From: Candidatus Poribacteria bacterium
GTDB lineage: Bacteria; Poribacteria; WGA-4E; PCPOR2b
Assembly (NCBI GenBank): GCA_965208325.1
Contig: OZ242326.1
Span: 2,432,001 to 2,496,000 of the forward strand
Direction: 5' to 3'
Length of the DNA stretch: 64,000 nt
The position numbers and the translations under genes were made by a program. Below are positions 19,186 through 29,403 of this stretch, piece after piece. Below the pieces are notes generated by a model, which did not search any database, had not been told where the DNA came from, and saw nothing but the letters and a program-made list of their open reading frames with translations. How positions within the stretch are numbered: position 1 is the stretch's first letter; every line of letters begins with the position of its first letter.

Positions 19186-20457
19186 ATGAATCGTTCAATT
19201 TTCAAATCCAGCGTGACATCAATCACCGGAATTGTGGTGTTGTTGCTAATTTCCGTGTCTATCGGCATTGGCGAGGACACCTCATGTACGCTATCCGGCC
19301 ATGTGGTTGACATCAATGGCAATCCAATCCCCGATCTCCCCATAGCTGTTGTACCGTTTACGAGCGTCTATGGCGAATTGGGGCCTGCGTTCCTCCTAAA
19401 GGATTTCATGCCAGAATCGTATGTCCCTCTGATTAAATCGAAAACCGATGCGGAGGGACAGTTCTCTGTCGAAGGGATTAGACCAGGCCCCATTGAATTC
19501 GTTGCACCGGCTGGGCATCTTCCTGACGACGGCGCACTGCCGCCTGATTTCAACGAACTTCAGTCGGATGCCGAGGTTCTATCTATCCGTATCGGCGCGG
19601 TTACCCTCTATCCTTATCGGTTGAGCGGCTTGCCATTTGGTGAACTGACGTTCTCCATCGATCCCGGAGCGCACCTCGAAAATGTAGAAATCATGATACG
19701 ATCCCGAATGCGAATTCGAGGACAAATCGTCTTTTTAGACGGGACGTCCCTTGCAAACGCACAGGTTCGGCTTGAGGTGCGGCGAAAAGATTTCGACGGC
19801 TCAGGCACGGGCAGCTCACGAAGCAATGCCGAGACAGACAATGCGGGCTACTTTACGGAATATGTGAATGAGCCGGGGTACTATACGGTTGCCGTCGAAT
19901 TTCAAGGACTTTCGGTAATCTCGGAACAGTTTCGCCTTGAAGCTAAGCAACGGCGCGATGATCTGGTTTTGATATTGGACGGTGAACCGATTTCCATGAA
20001 TTCAACGCCCGATCCGGTGAAGTGGGACGACATAACGGACTGGATGGCAAACCCGGAAACCGGTCACAGTTACAAGGGCATCCACTGCAGGAATTGGGAT
20101 GACGCCCAAGCGAAAGCCGTCGCCGAAGACTCACATCTGGTCTCAATAAACGACACCGCGGAACAACAGTGGCTCATGGGAACCTTTGGCGCTGGCCCCT
20201 ATTGGATTGGGCTGACGGACGCGGAATCGGAAGGCGTGTGGCGATGGACAAGCGGCGAACCGGTCACATACACCAACTGGGCGCCCGACGAACCGAAGGC
20301 AACCGGCAATAACGAAGCCGATTACGCCTTCATGTCACGGTCTCAAGGCGGGAACTGGTATAGTGTAGGCCATGATGGACCGGATTGGGAGAGTTCCGGC
20401 ATGGCGATTATCGAAAAGGGACGTTTGCCCGGCAAGCCGCCCGTAGAAGAGAAATAA
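19186..20457 (+). CDS. Secreted protein: two carboxypeptidase-regulatory-like (Ig/transthyretin) domains + C-type lectin domain
   Basis: LSGHVVDINGNPI, IRGQIVFLDG; WDDAQA..HLVSINDTAEQ..YWIGLTD..WRWTSGEPVTYTNWAPDEP. Confidence 0.85.
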   Translation: MNRSIFKSSVTSITGIVVLLLISVSIGIGEDTSCTLSGHVVDINGNPIPDLPIAVVPFTSVYGELGPAFLLKDFMPESYVPLIKSKTDAEGQFSVEGIRPGPIEFVAPAGHLPDDGALPPDFNELQSDAEVLSIRIGAVTLYPYRLSGLPFGELTFSIDPGAHLENVEIMIRSRMRIRGQIVFLDGTSLANAQVRLEVRRKDFDGSGTGSSRSNAETDNAGYFTEYVNEPGYYTVAVEFQGLSVISEQFRLEAKQRRDDLVLILDGEPISMNSTPDPVKWDDITDWMANPETGHSYKGIHCRNWDDAQAKAVAEDSHLVSINDTAEQQWLMGTFGAGPYWIGLTDAESEGVWRWTSGEPVTYTNWAPDEPKATGNNEADYAFMSRSQGGNWYSVGHDGPDWESSGMAIIEKGRLPGKPPVEEK

Positions 20458-20524
20458 CCCGAGTTCTGACCGCTTCATTGACGCTATCCAATTATCACAA
20501 AGCTACTCAGAAGGAGGATTAACC

Positions 20525-21766
20525 ATGACGCTTTCCTGCCGCAGACAGACTTTCACGATTTTAGCTATCATTGTTTTATTCATGCAAATTGCAGCGACTC
20601 TCGCCGCCGCTCAAAAGGCTGCGTGTACACTATCGGGCATCGTTCTTGATGTGCAGGGAAATCCGGTTGCCGGGTTTACGGTAGGTGTTCAACCCTATGA
20701 AGAGATTGACGGTGTACAACACATGTTTGGGCCTGCCTTGGAGGCGCGGACCGACGACGCGGGGCGCTTTTCTATCACCGGTATCGTTCCGATTCCGATT
20801 CGAATTGGGGGTACCTCACAAGCCGAGTCAAACATGGGTGAATACTTTGAGCGCGGCAATGAAATCCAAGCCGTCAAAATCGGGGCGGCGACTATCCATC
20901 GCCATCCGTTTGACGGTGGAATCAGGTTATCCATTGAGCCAAGGACACACGTCTCGGACACTGAAATCAAGGTGAAGCCCCATGCGCGAATTCGGGGGCA
21001 AGTCGTCTTCACCAACGGGTCGCCCCTTGCCAACACAAGGATTCAAGTTTCAACACAATACCGCTCCCCGGATGGGATGAATACCGGCAGCACCGGTACA
21101 ACGCCCATGACGGACAACTTAGGTTATTTCGCGGAAAAGGCAGCGACGCCTGGAATCTACAGGGTAACGGTTAACTTCAAGGGGTTTTCCGTAACGGCAG
21201 CGCCGTTCCAACTGCAAGCGGGTGAAACAAAAGAAGATTTGGTCTTCACCTTAGCGAGCGATCCGATAATGCCGGATGTCGCCCCGGAAGAGGGGGTAGC
21301 GCGCCCGCCTACGGCGTCTGCGTCCACATCTCCGTTACCGCTCGGCGCAGGAGTATGGGTCGTGAATCCGGCAAATGGGCACGCCTACAAGAGCATCCAG
21401 TGCGAAAGCTGGGACGATGCGAACGCCCAAGCGGTCGCCGAAGGTGCATACTTGGTCGCTATAAACGACGCGGAGGAACAGAAGTGGCTGGCGTTGACCT
21501 TTGCCATGAGTTCCTATTGGATCGGGCTGACCGATCATGAGAACGAGGGCGAATGGAAATGGACGAGCGGCGAGCCGGTCACATACACCAACTGGGCGCC
21601 GTTTGAACCGATGGATGCAGACGCCGGCGACGAGGACTATGTCCGCATGGACAACGTATCAGACTGGTTCGATGTTGACCCTGAAAATCAGGAATGGCAA
21701 CCCACCAAACTGGCTATCATTGAACGGGCCAACCCACCCGCCAAAACGCAGGCCAAGGAGGAGTGA
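20525..21766 (+). CDS. Paralogous secreted C-type lectin domain protein
   Basis: Same architecture; YWIGLTDHENEGEWKWTSGEPVTYTNWAPFEP; AGGAGG RBS. Confidence 0.85.
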   Translation: MTLSCRRQTFTILAIIVLFMQIAATLAAAQKAACTLSGIVLDVQGNPVAGFTVGVQPYEEIDGVQHMFGPALEARTDDAGRFSITGIVPIPIRIGGTSQAESNMGEYFERGNEIQAVKIGAATIHRHPFDGGIRLSIEPRTHVSDTEIKVKPHARIRGQVVFTNGSPLANTRIQVSTQYRSPDGMNTGSTGTTPMTDNLGYFAEKAATPGIYRVTVNFKGFSVTAAPFQLQAGETKEDLVFTLASDPIMPDVAPEEGVARPPTASASTSPLPLGAGVWVVNPANGHAYKSIQCESWDDANAQAVAEGAYLVAINDAEEQKWLALTFAMSSYWIGLTDHENEGEWKWTSGEPVTYTNWAPFEPMDADAGDEDYVRMDNVSDWFDVDPENQEWQPTKLAIIERANPPAKTQAKEE

Positions 21767-21802
21767 TACAGTTTCTGTAGGATCAACCGACTGAATAGGG
21801 AG

Positions 21803-22000
21803 GGATCAACTGAGCTAAAAGATCAAGCGAGTGGACAACGCGCGCGATAGAGATCCACATTCCCAACCCAACCTACAATATCTTAACCGTTTACGCTTTA
21901 CGCATTACGCATTACGCTTTACTCGTTACGCTATACCGTAGGAGCGATCTCCGTATCGCCACTCACATGCCGTTAATCGCTCTACCCACCCCACCAATGC
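21803..22000 (+). repeat. ~200-bp direct repeat, copy 2
   Basis: Aligns by eye with 18793-19004. Confidence 0.85.
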
Positions 22001-22232
22001 GAGATCCTTCGATCTCGCAACGGGGTATGGATTACAGATTAAGCAATCTGCGCCGCGATTAGAAAAATTACCATGCTATAACATAACCCAAGATGTTAGA
22101 ATAGGAGAATAACCGAGTTTTGCCAAAAATGCTCGGTTCGTAGCGCTTGCTTTATCAACTAGCAATTTTCGCTATTTGCGCCTTATCTGCGTATCTTCTA
22201 ACCGTTTCAGGTAGAAAGGGAAACACAACTGT

Positions 22233-24029
22233 ATGCAAATGCGGTCTATCACGGCGAATCCGTCTCAGGTTATGGTCGAGCAACTTGCGGCGCTGGATGT
22301 GAAATATCTGTTTTATAATACAGGCTCGCGCGAGGCGCGCTTTTTCGACGCACTGCATGATCACCCGGATATACACGGCATTTTGGCGCTCCATGAAGGC
22401 AGCGTCGCGGCACAGGCTGGCGGTTATACGCAGGCAAACCTCGAACCCGCGGTCATGGTGGTCCATCTCGCCGCGGGGCTTGCCCAATGTTTAGGGCAGC
22501 TAATCAACATTTGGTCTGGCGGTTTACCTGTCGTGGTCATCAGCTTCGCAGGCGACACCGGTAGTTTTGCGGATCGGATTGAACTCGACCTCAGTCACAG
22601 TTTCGGGCCGACATCCATCGCTGCGCCCTTTACAAAGCAAAACTGGACCGTGATCGACCCCGAAGGGCTGCCCCAAGCCATTCACCGTGCGTTACTGGTA
22701 GCCAAAACGCCGCCGGTGGGGCCCGTCCATCTCGCTGTTTATGATCGGGCGCTTGGGCACGAGCAGATTACCGCGAACATTATTGAAGGTCGTATCCCCG
22801 ACCTCCACTCGGGTTATCCATCGGATAGCGATGTCGAGAAGATTGAATCTGCATTGCACGACGCGAAGTCCCCTCTGTTCTATATTGGGGATGGTGTCTG
22901 GAAAAGCGGCGCAGAAGACCAAATTATCGCTGTCGCTGAACACTTTGGTGTTCCCTGTGTCAGCAGCTACGTCCCAGTCGGCACTTGGGAAAGAAGCATC
23001 GCAACCAAACATCCTCTCAATTGCGGCCGGTTGGATCAGGTGGTAGATGTCCTTCAACCCGACCTAATCGTTTGTATCGGTATCCATCATCGGGGCATCG
23101 GAAGGTCCGGGGATTTCGATGTATTTTCTAAAGCGCGGCAGGTTATCGCCATTGGCTCCGATATTGAACATATCAAGAATATCCCGTATCTGTCTACGGC
23201 GATTCTGGCGGATGAGTGCCGGACCTTTGAACGGCTTATTGAATTGGCGTCGAGCCATTCGACCCCGAGCCGCTTTGACGAGCGGCGGGCTTGGGTAATG
23301 GAACAAGCCGCCGCGCTCCACGTCCAGCGAATAAATGAAGTGTGGAAGACCGAGACGCGGCCAAATGAGATCCGGCCGTGGATAGTGGCAGAGACGCTCG
23401 ACACCGCCCTAGAACGTCGCGGCGGCGGGTTGGTGATGCTCGAACAATATGCGGTGCCTTGGGACACCGTCGGCGGATATACGCTTTCATCAGACACCGT
23501 AGACGCAACAGACACCGGCAGGAACAGATACATCCGGGCTGCCGGCGGGTCTGAGGGCTACGGGGTCGGGGGCGCCGTCGGATTGAAGCTCGCCGCCCCT
23601 GAAAAGCCGGTTGTCGGGCTGGTCGGCGACGGTTCGCTGTTGTACGCCGAGTCAGGTTTGTGGTCCGCCGCACACCATAGCATACCGGTCCTCTACATTA
23701 TCCCCAACAACCAATCCTACGGCGCGGTTGCGTCCTCCTTCGCAAGCGTGGATGGGGTGATGAAGGAGACCGGGGAATATGCTGGCGTCGTGCTAGACGG
23801 CATTGACCCCGTAAAACTCGCCGAAGGCGTGGGTGTGGAGGGGTTGCACGTCCAAGCGGAGCCTCGCCTAGCTGCGGCAATTGAACATGGATTGAACGTG
23901 GTTGAAAGGGAAAACCGCCCATTTCTTTTGAATATCCGCTTGCCGCTAGGACTACCGGAGGGCGGACGCCCCGCGGCGCAATTCCGGCTTGCGGACGCCA
24001 GGTCGAAATCTCAGAATCGTGCAGATTAG
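22233..24029 (+). CDS. Thiamine-pyrophosphate-dependent enzyme (benzoylformate decarboxylase/ALS-like)
   Basis: LALHEGS catalytic Glu region; GDG...NN TPP motif (VGDGSLLY...IPNNQSYG). Confidence 0.88.
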   Translation: MQMRSITANPSQVMVEQLAALDVKYLFYNTGSREARFFDALHDHPDIHGILALHEGSVAAQAGGYTQANLEPAVMVVHLAAGLAQCLGQLINIWSGGLPVVVISFAGDTGSFADRIELDLSHSFGPTSIAAPFTKQNWTVIDPEGLPQAIHRALLVAKTPPVGPVHLAVYDRALGHEQITANIIEGRIPDLHSGYPSDSDVEKIESALHDAKSPLFYIGDGVWKSGAEDQIIAVAEHFGVPCVSSYVPVGTWERSIATKHPLNCGRLDQVVDVLQPDLIVCIGIHHRGIGRSGDFDVFSKARQVIAIGSDIEHIKNIPYLSTAILADECRTFERLIELASSHSTPSRFDERRAWVMEQAAALHVQRINEVWKTETRPNEIRPWIVAETLDTALERRGGGLVMLEQYAVPWDTVGGYTLSSDTVDATDTGRNRYIRAAGGSEGYGVGGAVGLKLAAPEKPVVGLVGDGSLLYAESGLWSAAHHSIPVLYIIPNNQSYGAVASSFASVDGVMKETGEYAGVVLDGIDPVKLAEGVGVEGLHVQAEPRLAAAIEHGLNVVERENRPFLLNIRLPLGLPEGGRPAAQFRLADARSKSQNRAD

Positions 24030-24151
24030 CCGCCAACTAACTATACGAGGTCCTGTAGGTTGGGTTAAGCGATCAACTGATTGACTATGGATATGAATGA
24101 TGCCGTCTGCACCAACAAAACCCATGCCCTCAATCGTTCGCATAAACATGT

Positions 24152-24460
24152 TTAATCATTCTGATTGAGGGTTGCGTACCATTTGGGGTTGGAAATGACT
24201 GCTTTATTTTTCTCCTTGATGTAAAGATGCCATGAAGGATGTCGCCGATGCCATGACGGGTTTCGCAAATCCCACTGTCTGCCCCACCCTTTACACCAAG
24301 CCACGTTGGGTGGGCTATTTTCCGTAATCCACTCATTTGCCAACTTGTGCGCGGTAATGACATCTCTGGCTATAAATGTGTTTTCTTTATAGCACACAGA
24401 TGCCTTGCAGCGGTTATCAAATACCCTAATAGTGTACAATTTTGGACGTTTATGCCTCAT
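24152..24460 (-). CDS. Hypothetical protein
   Basis: 102-aa ORF with GGAG RBS, directly downstream of DUF6602. Confidence 0.4.
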   Translation of the reverse strand: MRHKRPKLYTIRVFDNRCKASVCYKENTFIARDVITAHKLANEWITENSPPNVAWCKGWGRQWDLRNPSWHRRHPSWHLYIKEKNKAVISNPKWYATLNQND

Positions 24461-24483
24461 CTAACATTCTCCATAACTTGCGT

Positions 24484-25377
24484 TTACATACCGGATTTCG
24501 GCTTCTCGATCAAGTGGTTCACCTTACCACAGTTGGCGTATTCCATTAAATTAACCGATCCTACTGTGCAGTGTGCCGCATGCATAAACAGATGTGAGCA
24601 GAAAAACTTGAAATGGGCATAATCATGGTCGTGACCCCAAATCCATTTGTTACGGTTAGCCCCTTTTCTCGCGTGTGAAATCGGAAAATAACAATCGAAA
24701 AACTCACCTTCGGGAAACTCCGTGGTATAGTGCAGTAGGCCATCCTCAAGGCTAAGTATCGAGCTGTGCCTATGTGCATAATCTACAGATTTGTAAATAT
24801 CGTTAAGAGTTGATGGGAAAGTGACGCCGCGCAGCGGGAAGGCGATGCGGTTGCATATTAGAAAAGTAAACACTTGATCAAAGGGTATCTCGTCCTTTCC
24901 ATACTCGGTATTTTGTAAACCATGCCACCGCACAACTGCTGACGCCTCATCGGTTAAGGCGGAACGCATTTCCTTTACTTTGGAGACCCGAATAAGGGCT
25001 TCTGCGAATTGGTCGCGGTTCACGTCAGACTTCACCTCTCCGGCAGCTATCACTGTTTCTACAGGAAAGAACCTCTGGCGGTTCTTCGATTCCAACGGGG
25101 GAGTAAACGATGGGTCGTAAATGACCAGATCAATCTGCCCACTAATTTCTCCTGACGCGTTTACCACAAAGCCTGTATCAATGGCTAATCGTTGTGGTAA
25201 GAACGCTTGAAGAAAATCGCGAACGATTGCTTCTCGATATGTGCCAAATTCCCCCGGATGGCTTACCTTGTTCTGCTTACTATCGTCCTGAAAGAGTACT
25301 TTTGCCCGTTGAGCAAATGCGGAACGGAATATGTCAATTCGCTCTTCAATCAATGCGTCAATGGTGTCATTTGCCAT
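24484..25377 (-). CDS. DUF6602-family protein (PD-(D/E)xK-like, defence-island associated)
   Basis: HPGEFGTYREAIVRDFL..LP...GFVV...SGQIDLVIYD...FFPVETVIAAGEVKS. Confidence 0.75.
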   Translation of the reverse strand: MANDTIDALIEERIDIFRSAFAQRAKVLFQDDSKQNKVSHPGEFGTYREAIVRDFLQAFLPQRLAIDTGFVVNASGEISGQIDLVIYDPSFTPPLESKNRQRFFPVETVIAAGEVKSDVNRDQFAEALIRVSKVKEMRSALTDEASAVVRWHGLQNTEYGKDEIPFDQVFTFLICNRIAFPLRGVTFPSTLNDIYKSVDYAHRHSSILSLEDGLLHYTTEFPEGEFFDCYFPISHARKGANRNKWIWGHDHDYAHFKFFCSHLFMHAAHCTVGSVNLMEYANCGKVNHLIEKPKSGM

Positions 25378-25614
25378 ACCATACCTCTGATTTGATATGC
25401 TCCGGCTATGGAGTCGGTTGCTGATATTCTATCTGCTGCCTTCATAGATGCTTCACCACAATAGCATTTTAGCGCTAGGAAACGTCATCAATCACATATC
25501 CTGTAGGTTGCGTCAATCGATCATCTCAGCGGATAAAACAAGCGACCAATTAACGAGCGCGATAGTTTTCTGCGAAACTCAACCCATCACTGTCCGTGAT
25601 AAACCGCTGCGAAC

Positions 25615-27129
25615 TCATCGCAAATTGCCCAGTTTCAGCCAATCAGACTTACCTCGATCCCACCGCCACGAGGCCAATTCACCTTTATAACCAAATTGGT
25701 TCCGGTTGAATCCTAGCTTCACCCATTCCGTGCTGTCTGTGCTAAAGATACTGGCGACTCCCCCGTTTTCATTGACGCTGAGCCCCGCTATCGAAATCCC
25801 GTCCTTGCCAAACGCAACGACGCGCCCGCCGTGGTCGTCAATACCTAGAACTGACTGCGATTCCCCGTCTTTTCCAAAGGCAACAACTTCGCCGCCGTAT
25901 TCTGTGATCGCTAACCCCGCCTTTGAAAACCCGTGCTTGCCAAAAGCAACGACGCTCCCACCATATTCACCAATGCCTAGCCCCGCCCGCAATTTCCCGC
26001 CCTTGTCAAAGGCATCAACGCGCCCGCCGTATTCTCCAATTCCGATCACCGCTCCCGATTTCCCATCTTTGCCAAAGACCGCAACACCCGTGCCGTGTTC
26101 TGTGCCCCCAAGCATCGCCCCCGATTCCCCGTCTTTTCCAACGGCATCAACGCTCCCGCCGTATTCTGTGATTCCGAGCCCCGCCCGATATTTCCCGTCC
26201 TTGTCAAAGGCAACAACACTCCCGCCGTGGTCATCAACACCGAGCACCGACTGCGATTTCCCGTCTTTGCCGATTGCCGCAACACTCCCGCCGTGGTCAC
26301 GGGTAGCGAGCATCGCCCTCGGTTTCCCGTTCTTGCTTAAGGCAACGACGCGCCCGCCATGTTCATCAACACCGAGCCGCGCCCCCGATTGCCCGTCCTT
26401 GCCTAAGGTTTCAACACTCCCGCCGTGTTCATCAACGCCGAGCATCGCTCCCGATTTCCCGTCCTTGCCTAAGGCAGCAACGACCCCACCGTGCTCTGTG
26501 ATTCTGAGTTCCGCCTTTGCTTTACCGTCCTTGTCAAAGGCACCAACACTCGCGCCGTATTCTGTGATTCCGAGCCCCGCCCGCAATTTCCCGTCCTTGC
26601 CGGCGGCGACAACACTCCCGCCGTGGTCATTAACACCGAAAACCGCTCCCGATTTCCCGTCCTTGCCAAAGGCTTCAAAACTCCCGCCGTATTCTCCGAT
26701 TCGGAGCCCCGCCATCGGCTTCCCGTCCTTGTCAAAGGCACCAACGCTCCCGCCGCGGTCATCAGTACCGAGAACCGCCATCGATTTCCCGTCTTTGCCG
26801 ATTGCGGTGACGCCACCGCCGTACTCTGTGACTATTAACCCCGCCTTCGAAACCCCGTCTTTGCCAACGGCAGCAACACCCCCGCCGTGTTCAAGAACGA
26901 CGAGGTTTATTACAGGAGTGCCCGCTTTATCAAAAACGACCACCTCGCCCCCGTCCTCAGACATCCCCAAGCTAACAACTGTCTTGCCCTCGCCGTCAAC
27001 AATATTTAGCTGTTCACAACTAATCGTCTTTGCACTGTTCATCGTCCGGCTACATCCGCTCAATACCCCAGTGACCGCAATCATGCTTCCAATCACCATA
27101 GTTGCCATTATCTTTCTCGTTACCTTCAT
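25615..27129 (-). CDS. Lipoprotein with ~19 tandem 22-aa Gly-rich beta repeats
   Basis: Lipobox LSGC; unit GGSVxAFGKDG-KxRAxLGIxE(H/Y); AAGGAG RBS. Confidence 0.85.
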   Translation of the reverse strand: MKVTRKIMATMVIGSMIAVTGVLSGCSRTMNSAKTISCEQLNIVDGEGKTVVSLGMSEDGGEVVVFDKAGTPVINLVVLEHGGGVAAVGKDGVSKAGLIVTEYGGGVTAIGKDGKSMAVLGTDDRGGSVGAFDKDGKPMAGLRIGEYGGSFEAFGKDGKSGAVFGVNDHGGSVVAAGKDGKLRAGLGITEYGASVGAFDKDGKAKAELRITEHGGVVAALGKDGKSGAMLGVDEHGGSVETLGKDGQSGARLGVDEHGGRVVALSKNGKPRAMLATRDHGGSVAAIGKDGKSQSVLGVDDHGGSVVAFDKDGKYRAGLGITEYGGSVDAVGKDGESGAMLGGTEHGTGVAVFGKDGKSGAVIGIGEYGGRVDAFDKGGKLRAGLGIGEYGGSVVAFGKHGFSKAGLAITEYGGEVVAFGKDGESQSVLGIDDHGGRVVAFGKDGISIAGLSVNENGGVASIFSTDSTEWVKLGFNRNQFGYKGELASWRWDRGKSDWLKLGNLR

Positions 27130-27158
27130 CGAATGTCTCCTTGTGTTTGTGGTTTGCG

Positions 27159-27404
27159 CTACTTCTGCCGATACCCGTTCTTATCCCACGTGGACACCGC
27201 ACCGTTGCCGTATTCGTTGATGCCGATGGCAACCCGTCCCTTGCCTTTTCCCTCAACAGAGACACTCCCGCCATGCTCATCAACACCAAGCCAAACCTTC
27301 GATGTACCTTCTTTCCCTAACGCGGCGGCGCTGACAAACCCACCGTGTCCATCTACGCCTATTCTTACACCGCGTTGGATTCCGTTCGGACCGAAAAAGA
27401 ACAC
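27159..27404 (-). pseudogene. 5'-truncated member of the same repeat family (constant C-terminus, no signal peptide)
   Basis: Ends GNGAVSTWDKNGYRQK, nearly identical to the end of 28837-29403; in-frame stop upstream at 27486-27488. Confidence 0.65.
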
Positions 27405-27493
27405 ATCGCCGACCGCAAAGATGTAGCTATTGTTCAGGTCGCTCAGCTCACACTCATACAGAGATATGTCGTAGATTTTTTTTGATTATAATT

Positions 27494-28156
27494 TTAGTAT
27501 TTTAGTCGATTACCGTTAATCGTTCTTAACATGCCCTTATCCCAAGTAGACACGATGCCTTCGCCGTCTCGGTTGATGCTCATGATAGCCTTCCCATTGC
27601 TTTTACCCGCAACTGATATCAAACCGCCGTGCTCATTCAAGCCAAGTGCTACCCCTTTTTCTCTATTTTCTCTATCATTACCCAATACGACAATGCCACC
27701 GTTATCATCAGTGACATCGAGTTTCACACGTGAATACCCATTATTGTTACAGACGGCGATATTCCCGCCATGTTCGCCAGTATAGAGCTGCACCTGTGCA
27801 ATATTGTGGTCATGGCCATAGATTTTGACACTCCCACCACGTTCATCAACATCGAGCGCCGCGACCGGGAGCCCATCTTTTCCACTAACCACGACAAATC
27901 CGCCATGTTTGTTCATAGCAAGGTTCACCCGTGACGTTCCGCTGTCATCATAGACTCGGACAATCCCCGAATTTTCTATGCTTGCCAGATGCACCACTGG
28001 TATCGAATCTTTATTAACGACCGTCAACTTAGTACACTCAATCTCCCCAAACTTATCCCGCTGCGCCGTTACCGGCGGCACCAATAACGCCGTCAATAAA
28101 CTCCCGACGACCCCGCCCACAATCCCGCTCATTACCAGATAGTGTTTTGAATTCAT
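27494..28156 (-). CDS. Exported 22-aa-repeat family protein
   Basis: MNSKHYLVMSGIVGGVVGSLLTALLVPPVTAQRDKFGEIECTKLTVV, then degenerate repeats and VSTWDK. Confidence 0.8.
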   Translation of the reverse strand: MNSKHYLVMSGIVGGVVGSLLTALLVPPVTAQRDKFGEIECTKLTVVNKDSIPVVHLASIENSGIVRVYDDSGTSRVNLAMNKHGGFVVVSGKDGLPVAALDVDERGGSVKIYGHDHNIAQVQLYTGEHGGNIAVCNNNGYSRVKLDVTDDNGGIVVLGNDRENREKGVALGLNEHGGLISVAGKSNGKAIMSINRDGEGIVSTWDKGMLRTINGNRLKY

Positions 28157-28372
28157 TGCAATTCCCCCCTTGTGGAAAAACATTCGCTAAAGCCCGGCGC
28201 CTCGCTAGTTTTGACATCGTCTCGCCGCCGTTCGGGCTGTTTGAAATCTCCCTGCGAAATCAAAAAGTCAGTTTAACGCGCCCACGCAAAAATTATACTA
28301 TACAAATGTTTAGTCTGTCCACCGGCTTTTCAAATTTTTTTCGCCATCACTGCATTCGGTGTAGCTTTCGTT
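28157..28372 (-). promoter_or_regulatory. Conserved ~215-bp promoter and 5' leader, copy A (copy B 29404-29618)
   Basis: Two aligned copies; minus-strand TGGACA-N18-TATAAT; AGCCC...GGGCT stem in the leader. Confidence 0.7.
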
Positions 28373-28379
28373 AGTTTTT

Positions 28380-28720
28380 GTAGGTTGGGTTAAGCGTAGC
28401 AAATAAAAGACGCGAAATATGTCGAATGGATATCGGTATTTGACGATGTTTGTAATCTGCCTAGATGTAGCGAACCCAACGTTTTTGGATATCGCGGAGC
28501 GTTTGATTAATCGGAGGCGGTTCGGAAATACGAAAAGCGTTGGGATCAACTGCGCGAATAGTGAAGGATCAATCGACCGAATAGGGAGGGATCAACTGAG
28601 TGGATAGCGAAGGCGGTAGTCTTCGGGTTCTCTGCTCATCGAATTTTGTCCGTCGTTAGTCTTCCGTCGCTGTTCGTTAAATTGTAAATTGTATCGGAAA
28701 ATCCGCTCAACCCAACCTAC
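28380..28720. repeat. REPIN/MITE-like element bounded by inverted GTAGGTTGGGTT/AACCCAACCTAC, with internal 23-bp tandem units
   Basis: Same ends at 24055, 44770, 46140 (+) and 18857, 18989, 21867, 46475, 46570 (inverted). Confidence 0.7.
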
Positions 28721-28799
28721 AAAGGCTAATTAAGATCCTGTTATCCTTAATTGCCGTCAGAAACAGTGCCTGCTGTCCATTTGCCTGCGTCCTGTATTT

Positions 28800-28834
28800 A
28801 CTGACCACTGGCAACTAGCCACTAACCACTGCCC
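28800..28834 (+). repeat. Degenerate heptamer tandem repeat (5 units)
   Basis: ACTGACC ACTGGCA ACTAGCC ACTAACC ACTGCCC. Confidence 0.55.
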
Positions 28835-28836
28835 TT

Positions 28837-29403
28837 CTACTGCCGATAACCGTTCTTATCCCACGTGGACACAGTACCGTTGCCGTATTCGTCTATGCCC
28901 ATGGTAACCAGCGCCTTGCTTTTACCCTTAACAAGTATACTGCCGCCGTACTTATAGATACCGAGTCCCACAAGCGATTTCTCATCTTTACCCCAAACGT
29001 CTATTTTGCCGCCGTACTCACCGATATAGAGAAACACAGACGATTCATGATCTTTGCCCACAACGTTCATATTGCCGCCGTACTCACCGATAGAGAGAAA
29101 CGCAGACGATTTCTCATCTTTACCCACAACGTCTATACGGCCGCCGTACTCACGGCTATGGAGTAACACACCCAATTTCCCATCTTTATCCAAAACAATT
29201 ATACGGCCGCCATCTTCGTCCGCAAGAAGTGCCACCCTTCCCCCCTCGCTGCCGTCTTTACTAACGACCGTCAACTTAGTACACTCAATCTCCCCAAACT
29301 TATCCCGCTGCGCCGTTACCGGCGACACCAACAACGCCGTCAACAAACTCCCGATGACCCCGCCAACAATTCCGCTTATAACCAAATAGTGTTTCGTATT
29401 CAT
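28837..29403 (-). CDS. Exported 22-aa-repeat family protein
   Basis: N-terminus nearly identical to 27494-28156; AGGAGG RBS; ends GNGTVSTWDKNGYRQ. Confidence 0.8.
   Translation of the reverse strand: MNTKHYLVISGIVGGVIGSLLTALLVSPVTAQRDKFGEIECTKLTVVSKDGSEGGRVALLADEDGGRIIVLDKDGKLGVLLHSREYGGRIDVVGKDEKSSAFLSIGEYGGNMNVVGKDHESSVFLYIGEYGGKIDVWGKDEKSLVGLGIYKYGGSILVKGKSKALVTMGIDEYGNGTVSTWDKNGYRQ

Noticed and set aside
25706..27220. 504-aa plus-strand Pro/Ser-rich ORF
   Set aside because: Antisense shadow of the repeat lipoprotein, which has an RBS and lipobox
28542..28612. 23-bp repeats as a CRISPR array
   Set aside because: Units are directly tandem and degenerate, with no spacers and no cas genes
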